IMG/VR virus record: IMGVR_UViG_3300009093_000036
Coordinates: 1 to 64,000 of that record
Source: a virus
Reading direction: 5' to 3' (one strand)
DNA length: 64,000 bases
Shown: piece by piece, positions 8,830 through 16,286 of the stretch
Position numbering within the stretch: position 1 is the stretch's first letter
How the letters are laid out: the number at the start of each line of letters is the position of its first letter
Position numbers and translations under genes: made by a program
The notes under the pieces: model-generated
Told to the model about the DNA's origin: nothing
Seen by the model: the letters and a program-made list of their open reading frames with translations, nothing else
Databases searched by the model: none

Positions 8830-10155
8830 ATGCCGTCGAAAACAGCACAGCGAAAGCAACAGAAGCGAGACACCGAGAAGGCCAAGGCGAAGGTCGCCGA
8901 GATGGTGAGCGCCGGCAAGAAGCCGGCGACCCCCAAGAAGAAGGCGGCCGAGAAGAAGGCGCAGATCACGCCGGCCGAGCGCATCGATCAGATCATCGCA
9001 GCGACGAACGCGACTCACGAGTCGGTCGTCATTCGGCGAGCGTCGGAGTCCACCACCTCCCACGTGCTGCGCCGTCCCACGGGCATCCCCGACTTGGACA
9101 TCGCCCTCGCGGGCGGTTTCCCGGGCGGGGCTCTCAGCCTCATCACGGGCCCGGATGGTGCCGGTAAGGACTACATCCTGAACTGCATCATCCGTGAGCT
9201 TCAGAAGAACTACGGCGAGGAGATGCGGGTCGCCATCTTCTCAACCGAGTTCCCGTACGACAAGGACTTCGCTCGCGAGAAGTGCGGGGTCAAGGTCGCG
9301 GACACCGACGAGGAGATCGCGGAGAAGCAGCTCTCACGCATGCAGCGAGGACAGGCTCCGCTCACGGACGACGAGATCGTCGAGCTCCAGACGCAGGTCG
9401 GCAGCATCTACCTCATCCAGGGCATCATCGTGGACCACGGTCTCGATCTCGTTCTGGAGTGCCTCGGTACCGGCATGTTCCAGATGATCGCCATCAACTC
9501 CCTCGGCGTCTTCGAGACGCAGGCGAAGGACGACACCGAAAGCGTGTCTGAGCACGCCATCCAGAGCAGCGAAGCTCAGCTCCTTGGACGCTTCATTCCG
9601 AAGATGTTCATGATGCTGAACCGGACCACCGAGCTCGGCGGGAGGAACGAGACCACCCTCATCGCGACGAACCAAGTTCGTGCGAATCGTGACCAGGTCC
9701 GTATGAAGCCTGGCGTCCCGGTCCCCGCGCACATGAAGTACCAGCCCGGCAGCGGGTCTCGGGCTCTCGCGCACGGCAAGGCCATCGACGTCATGCTCCA
9801 CAAGGGGCCGGTCATCCTCGACAAGGCCGACGACCCGCCCACGCAGATCGGCAGGACCATCAACTGGGAGCTCACCAAGGGCAAGCTCGGGACTCACGAC
9901 GGACTGAAGGGGTCGTACGAGTTCTACTACGACTTCGGCGCGGACATCCCCTCCAGCCTCCTCACGGCTGGTGTCCGCTTCGGAATCATCGAGCAGGCCG
10001 GTGCCTGGTACTCGTACGAGGACGAGAACGCTGACCTCTCATGGCGTGCGCAGGGCGCCAACGCTGCCCGCACCCCTCTCACGAGGGCTGACATCGCTGC
10101 GGCGATCTACCAGAAGATCATCGCTGCGGCGAAGATCTCGTGCAGGTTCGTGTGA
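8830..10155 (+). CDS. recA: RecA/UvsX-like recombinase
   Basis: TGIPDLDIALAGGFPGG, Walker A GPDGAGKD, STE (catalytic Glu), TNQVR, and C-terminal GIIEQAGAWYSY. Confidence 0.9.
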   Translation: MPSKTAQRKQQKRDTEKAKAKVAEMVSAGKKPATPKKKAAEKKAQITPAERIDQIIAATNATHESVVIRRASESTTSHVLRRPTGIPDLDIALAGGFPGGALSLITGPDGAGKDYILNCIIRELQKNYGEEMRVAIFSTEFPYDKDFAREKCGVKVADTDEEIAEKQLSRMQRGQAPLTDDEIVELQTQVGSIYLIQGIIVDHGLDLVLECLGTGMFQMIAINSLGVFETQAKDDTESVSEHAIQSSEAQLLGRFIPKMFMMLNRTTELGGRNETTLIATNQVRANRDQVRMKPGVPVPAHMKYQPGSGSRALAHGKAIDVMLHKGPVILDKADDPPTQIGRTINWELTKGKLGTHDGLKGSYEFYYDFGADIPSSLLTAGVRFGIIEQAGAWYSYEDENADLSWRAQGANAARTPLTRADIAAAIYQKIIAAAKISCRFV

Positions 10156-10655
10156 AGAAGACGGCGAAGCAGACCGTCCGCGGGTCCCTCCGAGCCACGA
10201 AGAAGTTCGTGTCGCAGCTCGGAGGGAGGCCCACGGCCGCGTCAGGGGCTGGTCTGGAGAAAGCCGATGGGCGTGTCCCGGGCAAGTTCCGGATCGAGAC
10301 GAAGTGCCCTCCCACGGGCAAGTACAGGTTCACGTACGTGGAATGGGCGAAGCTTCGTGCTGCCGCAATCTCCGCGAACGAGATCGCAGTCTTCCACTTG
10401 AAGTTGCACGGCATCGAGGTCGTGGTGCTTCGGATGGAGGACTACAACGGGCTCTGGCCCAACAGTCTGGCGACGATGTCAGTCGAGCTGGGCGTGAAGA
10501 AGGGCCGCACCTTCTCGAAGGAGGGGTGGGCGTCAGTCCTGACCAAGGCTGACCGTCTCCACTTCGCGATCCAGGACACCCACGGCATCCTGCACCACTT
10601 CGTCGCCATGCCCTCCATCACCTTCATCACCACCCTGCCGGAGGACGCATGCTGA
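10152..10655 (+). CDS. PD-(D/E)XK nuclease, Holliday-junction-resolvase-like
   Basis: SGAGLEKADG...RIETK motif. GTG at 10152 overlaps the recA stop. Confidence 0.6.
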   Translation: MKKTAKQTVRGSLRATKKFVSQLGGRPTAASGAGLEKADGRVPGKFRIETKCPPTGKYRFTYVEWAKLRAAAISANEIAVFHLKLHGIEVVVLRMEDYNGLWPNSLATMSVELGVKKGRTFSKEGWASVLTKADRLHFAIQDTHGILHHFVAMPSITFITTLPEDAC

Positions 10656-11464
10656 GCGCAGTCACGCGAGCAGACCGTTTCCTCATCACGGACACGGAGA
10701 CCCAGGTCTTCGACTTGGAGAACACGTACGTCGAGTGGGTGGAGAGCCAGCCACAGGACGATCGCCGTGGCCACTTCCACCCATCAGCCGTCGGCATGTG
10801 TGGTCGTCGGAACGTCTACGAGTACATCGGGACCCCTCGTGTCCAGGCCGCCAAGGCCGACGACATGGAGATCTTCCGCATCGGACACGCCGTACATCAT
10901 CTTGTCCAGACCATCCTCGGGGACCTGGACCGAGTGCTTGCGCCGCAGGGCATCGAGTACACCTTCCGACCGGAGGTGCCCTTCGATCCCGAGACGGACA
11001 CCCTGTACCAGGACCTCGGCATCGGTGGGACTACGGACGGGCTCCTGGAGCTCTACCACGCCAAGGAGGGCTGGACGCAGCGTGGAGTCGTCGAGATCAA
11101 GACGATCAAGGACGAGCACTTCAACTCGCTGAGAGCTCCGAAGCCTGACCACCTCATGCAGGCGAACTTGTACGCGTTCCGCTACAACATGCCCATCCTG
11201 TGGTTCTGGTACTACAACAAGAACAACAGCCGCCGTAAGGTCTTCCGCAGAGCTGCAAGCGACGAGAGCCTCAACGCCGCCCTCGACCGCTTCATCGTGC
11301 AGCGTGGGCATGCAGATGCCGGCACGCTCCCCGATCGCGAGGAGAGCTTCTACATGTGCCCGCGCTGCGAGTACGGGCACATCTGCAAGCCGGACACGCT
11401 GGAGCGGGTCCGAAGCCAACAGAAACTCGCGCAGGTCCGCAAGAAAGGGTTCGGTCGGAAATGA
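10649..11464 (+). CDS. Cas4-like / RecB-family exonuclease
   Basis: HPSAVGMCGRR, GTTDGLL, VEIKT, H..QANLY, and C-terminal CPRCEYGHIC (4-Cys Fe-S staple). Confidence 0.85.
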   Translation: MLSAVTRADRFLITDTETQVFDLENTYVEWVESQPQDDRRGHFHPSAVGMCGRRNVYEYIGTPRVQAAKADDMEIFRIGHAVHHLVQTILGDLDRVLAPQGIEYTFRPEVPFDPETDTLYQDLGIGGTTDGLLELYHAKEGWTQRGVVEIKTIKDEHFNSLRAPKPDHLMQANLYAFRYNMPILWFWYYNKNNSRRKVFRRAASDESLNAALDRFIVQRGHADAGTLPDREESFYMCPRCEYGHICKPDTLERVRSQQKLAQVRKKGFGRK

Positions 11465-12126
11465 GCGACGAAGATGAACTGGAGCTGGAAGAAGAAGTCG
11501 AGGAGGAGAACTCGGAGGAGCTTGCTCATCCAGGAGGCCTCAGCTTGGGGCGCACCGCCGTCATCGACGAGGGGAAGGTGCGGCACGCGAAGGAGAAGAT
11601 CGACAGCCTCCTTCGAGACGTCGAAACGGACCTGGCCCGCCGGGGCATCCCGGAGCCCCCTCGTCCGAAGAACCATCCTGCTGAGCTTGCGGACATGGAC
11701 ACCGCCTTGCTCACGAACGCGGACCTCGGTTCGCTCTACACGCAGTACGTGGCCTACGCCTCGTACATCGGGGATGAGCTCGCCAAGATCGAGGGCATGG
11801 AGGAGTCCGCCAAGCGACTTCTACGGGACACCTTCGCTGAGCTGAAGGACGCCGCCTTCGCCAGAAACATGAAGGGTCCCGAGGCAACCTCGGCGGCTGT
11901 CAGCGACGAGCTCTACCGAGCTCTCAGCATGGAGCATCTGCGTCTGTACTTCATGAAGGCCATCATGAAGCGGCGCTACCGTGGCTACGTCTCGAAGGCG
12001 GCTGCCCTGTCCCGAACCATCGAGCTCCGCAAGCTCGACTTCGAGCAGGTGCGTCGGGATGGCAACATCGGGTTCGGTGGGAAGCGCCCCGCCGTTCCTG
12101 GTGGCTTCGGGGCCAAGAAGAAGTGA
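11461..12126 (+). CDS. All-helical protein, possibly a UvsY-like recombination mediator
   Basis: Helical core with Y..Y...L and a C-terminal ALSR.IELRK resembling the UvsY layout; adjacent to RecA. Inference. Confidence 0.45.
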   Translation: MSDEDELELEEEVEEENSEELAHPGGLSLGRTAVIDEGKVRHAKEKIDSLLRDVETDLARRGIPEPPRPKNHPAELADMDTALLTNADLGSLYTQYVAYASYIGDELAKIEGMEESAKRLLRDTFAELKDAAFARNMKGPEATSAAVSDELYRALSMEHLRLYFMKAIMKRRYRGYVSKAAALSRTIELRKLDFEQVRRDGNIGFGGKRPAVPGGFGAKKK

Positions 12127-12659
12127 GCCTTCACGTGAAGGGTGACCTCAGCATCATCACGCTGAACCCGGTCCTGGACGCCCTCCTGACCCACTTCATG
12201 TTGGTCTACGGGAACGCGGTTTTCGTGGGGGCGGTCATCGAAGACCCCCAGCCCGTCAGCATCAACCTGCTGTACTCCACGTTCCACGGCAAGAAGGCCT
12301 TGACCAACGCCGGGAGGGCCTATAGAGACGCTTTGGCCTCTGCTGTAGCGCGTTCCACGCACGATTGGAAAACGGCACACCGGCTGGTCTATCAGGAAGG
12401 TGGAGGGGCTACCTTGCTCCTCGCACTGTACTTCGAGCAGATGAAGAACAAGTCCTGGAAGCCGAACGGAAAGACTGAGAAGGGCGAGCCCACGCAGCCC
12501 CACAAGAAGCAAGACTCGTCCAACTACATCAAGATCGCCGAGGACGCCGTGGCCAGAGGCTGTGGAATCGACGACTGCAACAACATCAACCACCTCATCC
12601 ACAAGGGCGAAGACCCCAAGAGGCCGAGGACCGAGTTGATCTACATCGTGCACCCCTGA
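12123..12659 (+). CDS. RusA-like Holliday junction resolvase
   Basis: P.PVSIN.LY...G.AY, DSSNYIKIAED and GIDD match the RusA PS.N / D.DN..K...D / DD motifs. Confidence 0.75.
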   Translation: MSLHVKGDLSIITLNPVLDALLTHFMLVYGNAVFVGAVIEDPQPVSINLLYSTFHGKKALTNAGRAYRDALASAVARSTHDWKTAHRLVYQEGGGATLLLALYFEQMKNKSWKPNGKTEKGEPTQPHKKQDSSNYIKIAEDAVARGCGIDDCNNINHLIHKGEDPKRPRTELIYIVHP

Positions 12660-12660
12660 A

Positions 12661-12912
12661 ATGAGCAAGACCACCGAGATCGTTGACCTAGCTACGGAGC
12701 AGACCTCGTCCAAGTACGGCGTCTGCTACGCGAGCGGGTCCACGTTCAAGCCAACGGGCAAAGGAGCCACGACGTTCGTCGTGGAAAGCGGCAAGAGGCG
12801 CCTCGTCAGTCGCACGCTGTGCGTGACGCAGTACTTCAAGTCGCGGTGCCAGCACTGTCCGTTCAGCCAAGGCGAGCTCACCCTCGCCGCAACTGGAGCG
12901 GCCGGTGGCTGA
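12661..12912 (+). CDS. Small hypothetical protein with Cys pairs
   Basis: ORF in the operon; C...RCQHCP. Confidence 0.6.
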   Translation: MSKTTEIVDLATEQTSSKYGVCYASGSTFKPTGKGATTFVVESGKRRLVSRTLCVTQYFKSRCQHCPFSQGELTLAATGAAGG

Positions 12913-13258
12913 CGCAAACTGGAGTTTCCTCGACGAGCTCAACGCGTCGGAGCTCGGGCTGATGGCCTGGTACATGAACCCGGGGGCCCACCGCGGGCTT
13001 CCGCGGGAAGTGCTCTACGCCATCATTCGAGGCGAGGAAGTCGAACTTCCGGAACGTCACATCGACATCTGGAGGGCGACCATCTTCAAGTACTGCGACT
13101 CGCATTGGGATCAGGTGTCTCCCCTGATCTCGTGCCCCATGAAGTCGCGCAAGCCCCACGCGTGCTTTTCGTGCCCTGACGTTCAGGTCGCGGAGTGCAC
13201 GCTGGACAATCACCGTAACCTGGTTCTGGACACAAAGAAGAGAGGATCGAAGACATGA
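12905..13258 (+). CDS. Hypothetical protein with Cys cluster
   Basis: ORF in the operon; SCP...CFSCP...EC. Confidence 0.65.
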   Translation: MADANWSFLDELNASELGLMAWYMNPGAHRGLPREVLYAIIRGEEVELPERHIDIWRATIFKYCDSHWDQVSPLISCPMKSRKPHACFSCPDVQVAECTLDNHRNLVLDTKKRGSKT

Positions 13259-13803
13259 GCAACGCGAAATGGCCCGAGAACATCCCGATGCGCACGCAGG
13301 CCGAGTGGGAGCAGCTCGGTGCGACCTGGACCGAGAAGGATTCGCGCGAGGCGATCGTGGCGGCGCTCAAGGAGCTGAAGGTGCCGGCGACGGAGTACGC
13401 CCGCATGCAGCCGACCGAGCGTGCGCAGCGCATCGCGGCGATCCAGGAGGAGCGCGTCCCGGGCTCGACGACGGGCGCGAAGAAGGCGGCGGCTGCACCG
13501 GCCGCGGGGGCGAAGAAGGCTGCGACGCCGGCGACGGCGGGCAAGGCCACGACGACGGCCGCTGCGGCGTCCGGTGGTGGGGGCGGCGGAAGCGTCGACC
13601 TCTCGCCGGTCATCGCGAAGCTCGCCGAGATGGACGCGAAGATCGACGGTCTCGCGGCCACGAGCACGAGCGTTGAGACGCTTCTCAAGCTCATCCTCCT
13701 GAACCCGAGCATGGCGGACAGCCTCCAGCTCGCGGCGGACCCCGACGTCCTCGCCGAGTTCGCGGGGAAGAGCATCGGTGAGCTCGCCTCGGGAAACGGC
13801 TGA
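13255..13803 (+). CDS. Hypothetical protein with an AKKA-rich linker and C-terminal coiled coil
   Basis: GAKKAAAAPAAGAKKAATP linker, poly-Gly run, heptad C-terminus; extreme codon bias. Confidence 0.75.
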   Translation: MSNAKWPENIPMRTQAEWEQLGATWTEKDSREAIVAALKELKVPATEYARMQPTERAQRIAAIQEERVPGSTTGAKKAAAAPAAGAKKAATPATAGKATTTAAAASGGGGGGSVDLSPVIAKLAEMDAKIDGLAATSTSVETLLKLILLNPSMADSLQLAADPDVLAEFAGKSIGELASGNG

Positions 13804-13829
13804 GCGAGCCGTCGGCTCCGCAAGTTGAT

Positions 13830-14024
13830 GTGGGGTCAGTCATCGAAGGACTGACCCCACTCGACGCCGACCAGCTCATCAACCTCTCGGTTGAGGACCT
13901 GCGGGGGATGTCGATACAGGACCTGGTGGGCCTCGCCTACCAGATCGGTGTCAACGTCCGAAAAGTGCAAGCGGAGCGCGGCAAGCTCCTCACCGAGATC
14001 ATGAACCACATCCACGAAGCGTGA
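13830..14024 (+). CDS. Small hypothetical protein (start uncertain)
   Basis: Short ORF ending just before a terminator hairpin. Confidence 0.5.
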   Translation: MGSVIEGLTPLDADQLINLSVEDLRGMSIQDLVGLAYQIGVNVRKVQAERGKLLTEIMNHIHEA

Positions 14025-14031
14025 TGGGGAG

Positions 14032-14069
14032 ACGGGAGTGCTACGATTCGTGGCGCTCCCGTTTCTTTT
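14032..14069 (+). terminator. Rho-independent terminator ending the replication operon
   Basis: Stem ACGGGAGTGCTAC / GTGGCGCTCCCGT followed by TTCTTTT. Confidence 0.8.
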
Positions 14070-14089
14070 GCCCCTCTCAGGAGAACATC

Positions 14090-14767
14090 ATGAAGCCCAT
14101 GATCGACGGCATCACCAACCCGCGCCTTCTCGGCATGATCGACCTCTGCGACGCCGAGGTCCCCGGGTTCGAGCTCCGGTTCAAGGATGAGTCGGACTGG
14201 ATGAAGTTCCTCAACTTCTTCACCCAGATCTTCAACAAGAACTTCATGAAGACGTTCACGACCACCTCCGGCACGATCGTGTACGCCCCGTCTCGCGAGT
14301 ACCTCATCGCGAACCAAGAGGTGTTCGCCTCCATCCTCGCGCACGAGCTCGTCCACATGAAGGATGCTCAGAAGGAAGGGAACGTCTCGATGTTCCTGCG
14401 CAATGCCTTCCCGCAGATCTTGGCGGTGCTCGCCATCCCGGTCTTCGGGGCGTTCTGGAACCTCTGGTTCCTGCTCTCGCTGGTCTTCCTGCTCGCGCTC
14501 CTGCCTCTGCCGTCCCCTGGCAGACGCGACATCGAGTTCCGCGGCTATTCGATGAGCATGGCCATCCGCTACTGGACCGGCGGCGAGTTCACGAACGCGG
14601 ACTACGAGTTCTACGCGAGCGAGTTCACGGGCCCCTCGTACTACTTCATGTGGCCGTTCCGGGACGACATCATGAACCGGCTGAAGATGCAGGCGATCGC
14701 CATCCGGACGAACGCCGTGTTGCAGGACCCGCTCTACCGCAAGGTCTTCAACATCTACAAGGCCTAG
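14090..14767 (+). CDS. Membrane-associated zincin-like metallopeptidase
   Basis: AHELVH (HExxH), a hydrophobic hairpin, then E.R.Y. Start at ATG 14090 after GGAG. Ends in TAG. Confidence 0.65.
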   Translation: MKPMIDGITNPRLLGMIDLCDAEVPGFELRFKDESDWMKFLNFFTQIFNKNFMKTFTTTSGTIVYAPSREYLIANQEVFASILAHELVHMKDAQKEGNVSMFLRNAFPQILAVLAIPVFGAFWNLWFLLSLVFLLALLPLPSPGRRDIEFRGYSMSMAIRYWTGGEFTNADYEFYASEFTGPSYYFMWPFRDDIMNRLKMQAIAIRTNAVLQDPLYRKVFNIYKA

Positions 14768-15252
14768 TGCGCGAAGATGGCGGCAGCGACGACACCAACG
14801 ACGACTGCAACGACGAGGGCGCCCATGCCGAACGCGAAGCCCCAGGACTCCCAGAACGGCTGGTTCCTGTACCGCGCGAGCTCGCCCTCGTACCGCGCCG
14901 CCTGATCTCGAAGGTCGGTCCTCAGCCCGTCGATCTCACGACCGTAGGACTGCGCCTGAAGGTCCAGACGCTGTGCAATCGAGGACTCGTACGCTGACCT
15001 GGTCGTGACGAGCTCGTCTTCGAGGAGATGGATGCGCATGCGGTAGCGCACGATCCGGTTCCCCCAGCGAAGGGCTGTCGCCTGGTCGAAGAGCTGCCCC
15101 GTGATGGGGGCCGGAACGCCCTCCCGAGCCACCACGATGACATCCGGGCCCGAAGGGACGTCCACGTCCCCATCGGGCACTGGAGCGCCGTCCTGAGCCT
15201 GCACAGGGGCCGCAACCAGCAGGACCACCAAGAAGGCCGCCAGGACCCTCAC
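14764..15252 (-). CDS. Exported protein with signal peptide, coiled coil and C-terminal TM helix (spanin-like?)
   Basis: MRVLAAFLVVLLVAAPVQA signal peptide; hydrophobic C-terminus; no lipobox Cys. Confidence 0.6.
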   Translation of the reverse strand: MRVLAAFLVVLLVAAPVQAQDGAPVPDGDVDVPSGPDVIVVAREGVPAPITGQLFDQATALRWGNRIVRYRMRIHLLEDELVTTRSAYESSIAQRLDLQAQSYGREIDGLRTDLRDQAARYEGELARYRNQPFWESWGFAFGMGALVVAVVVGVVAAAIFAH

Positions 15253-15587
15253 AGCGACTTCAGCCAGGTGTTGAGGGCCTCGGGGTCGTCTTCGAGCGAT
15301 GCGGCGTGGTCGAGCTGCTCACTCGTGAGCTGCTGGAGCTTCTGGGCGTGCTCGGCCCGCACTGCATCGAGCTGAGCTCGGAGCTGGGCCTCGGCTGCTG
15401 CTTGCTGCTGACGACGAGTTTCCTCTTCCGCCTTCGCCCGGTCGTCGGCCTTGGCCGTCGGGTCGGTCGTGATGACGTCACGCTGGGTGCTGACGCGACC
15501 GAGGACGAAGAGAACGATGCCGACCGGGAACAGGATCCACTGCCAGTGCAGCTTCACCCACTCCCAGGCCTTCTTGAGCGACTCCAT
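15249..15587 (-). CDS. N-terminal TM + coiled-coil protein (i-spanin-like?)
   Basis: WQWILFPVGIVLFVLG TM segment followed by a Q/A/E-rich helix. Confidence 0.6.
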   Translation of the reverse strand: MESLKKAWEWVKLHWQWILFPVGIVLFVLGRVSTQRDVITTDPTAKADDRAKAEEETRRQQQAAAEAQLRAQLDAVRAEHAQKLQQLTSEQLDHAASLEDDPEALNTWLKSL

Positions 15588-15589
15588 GT

Positions 15590-16093
15590 TCAGTTCCCCG
15601 AGCCCGCGCCCTCTTCAGGCGGGACCTCTGCCGTGACCGCGACAGCTTCGGTGACCGCAACGACTTCCGACGGCGGCCTCGATGGACGCTTCGGCGCCAT
15701 CGCCTCCATGACCCCCTTCACCTTGCTGAAGATGTAGTCGGAGAACTGACCACAGGCGGCGCCCCAGCTTGCGTAGATGAGGGTGGCCTGCCAGCCGACG
15801 ATCGCCTTCGTGGTGACGAAGGTCGTGATGGTGTCGGGGCGGGCCGGGATGATCGCCGCGCACGCCATGCCGAACACGATCGGGAGCGTGGGGAACACGA
15901 CGCGGTTCAGGAACAAGTTGCTCTTGCGGACGTCCTTGCCCACGGCCGTCATGTCCTTGAGGGTCGGCGTGGGCGCCGGATCGACGTGACCGAGCAGGAC
16001 GTCGAGCGAGACCTTGATGAGCTGGGTCATGCCCGTCGCCGCACACGCGATGAGGACGGCCTGCCAGCAGTAGAGGATGTCGAGAGGGTTCAT
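15590..16093 (-). CDS. Multi-TM membrane protein, putative holin
   Basis: Start MNPLDILYCWQAVLIAC at ATG 16093; three hydrophobic segments; charged C-terminal tail. Confidence 0.55.
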   Translation of the reverse strand: MNPLDILYCWQAVLIACAATGMTQLIKVSLDVLLGHVDPAPTPTLKDMTAVGKDVRKSNLFLNRVVFPTLPIVFGMACAAIIPARPDTITTFVTTKAIVGWQATLIYASWGAACGQFSDYIFSKVKGVMEAMAPKRPSRPPSEVVAVTEAVAVTAEVPPEEGAGSGN

Positions 16094-16284
16094 GACTTCT
16101 CCTTCGGCTGCTCGATGCAGGGACAGCCCTCGGGCTTGGAGCAGCCGCTCCAGGTGCCGTCGGGGTGCTTGGTCCAGCCGTTCTGCGTGGCCTGCATCTC
16201 GACCTCCTCGACTGTGAGGGTGTCGGGATGATCGAAGGTGTTCGTGCAGTTCTTGGTACTGCACGTGATGACGGTGAGCTTCAT
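16090..16284 (-). CDS. Small Cys-containing hypothetical protein (MKLTVITCSTKNC...)
   Basis: Fills the gap between the fibre gene and the holin-like gene; its stop overlaps the next ATG. Confidence 0.55.
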   Translation of the reverse strand: MKLTVITCSTKNCTNTFDHPDTLTVEEVEMQATQNGWTKHPDGTWSGCSKPEGCPCIEQPKEKS

Positions 16285-16286
16285 GT

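Noticed and set aside
3029-10155. Inteins or group I introns in the helicase, polA or recA
   Set aside because: Lengths are near normal, the motifs are contiguous, and no intein C/S...HN or LAGLIDADG/HNH motifs were seen.
10649-11464. CRISPR-Cas locus around the Cas4-like gene
   Set aside because: No repeat-spacer array and no cas1, cas2 or effector genes were seen in the window.
12380-12400. Near-copy of the CCTATCAG element (TCTATCAG) in the RusA-like gene
   Set aside because: It is a 7/8 match inside coding sequence with no nearby downstream start, so it is likely chance.
14021-14089. Track start at 14021 for the peptidase (and similar early starts at 1664, 5525, 32132..34513, 41969, 50988)
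   Set aside because: These extensions run through terminators or neighbouring genes. Downstream starts with a Shine-Dalgarno or a stop/start overlap fit better.
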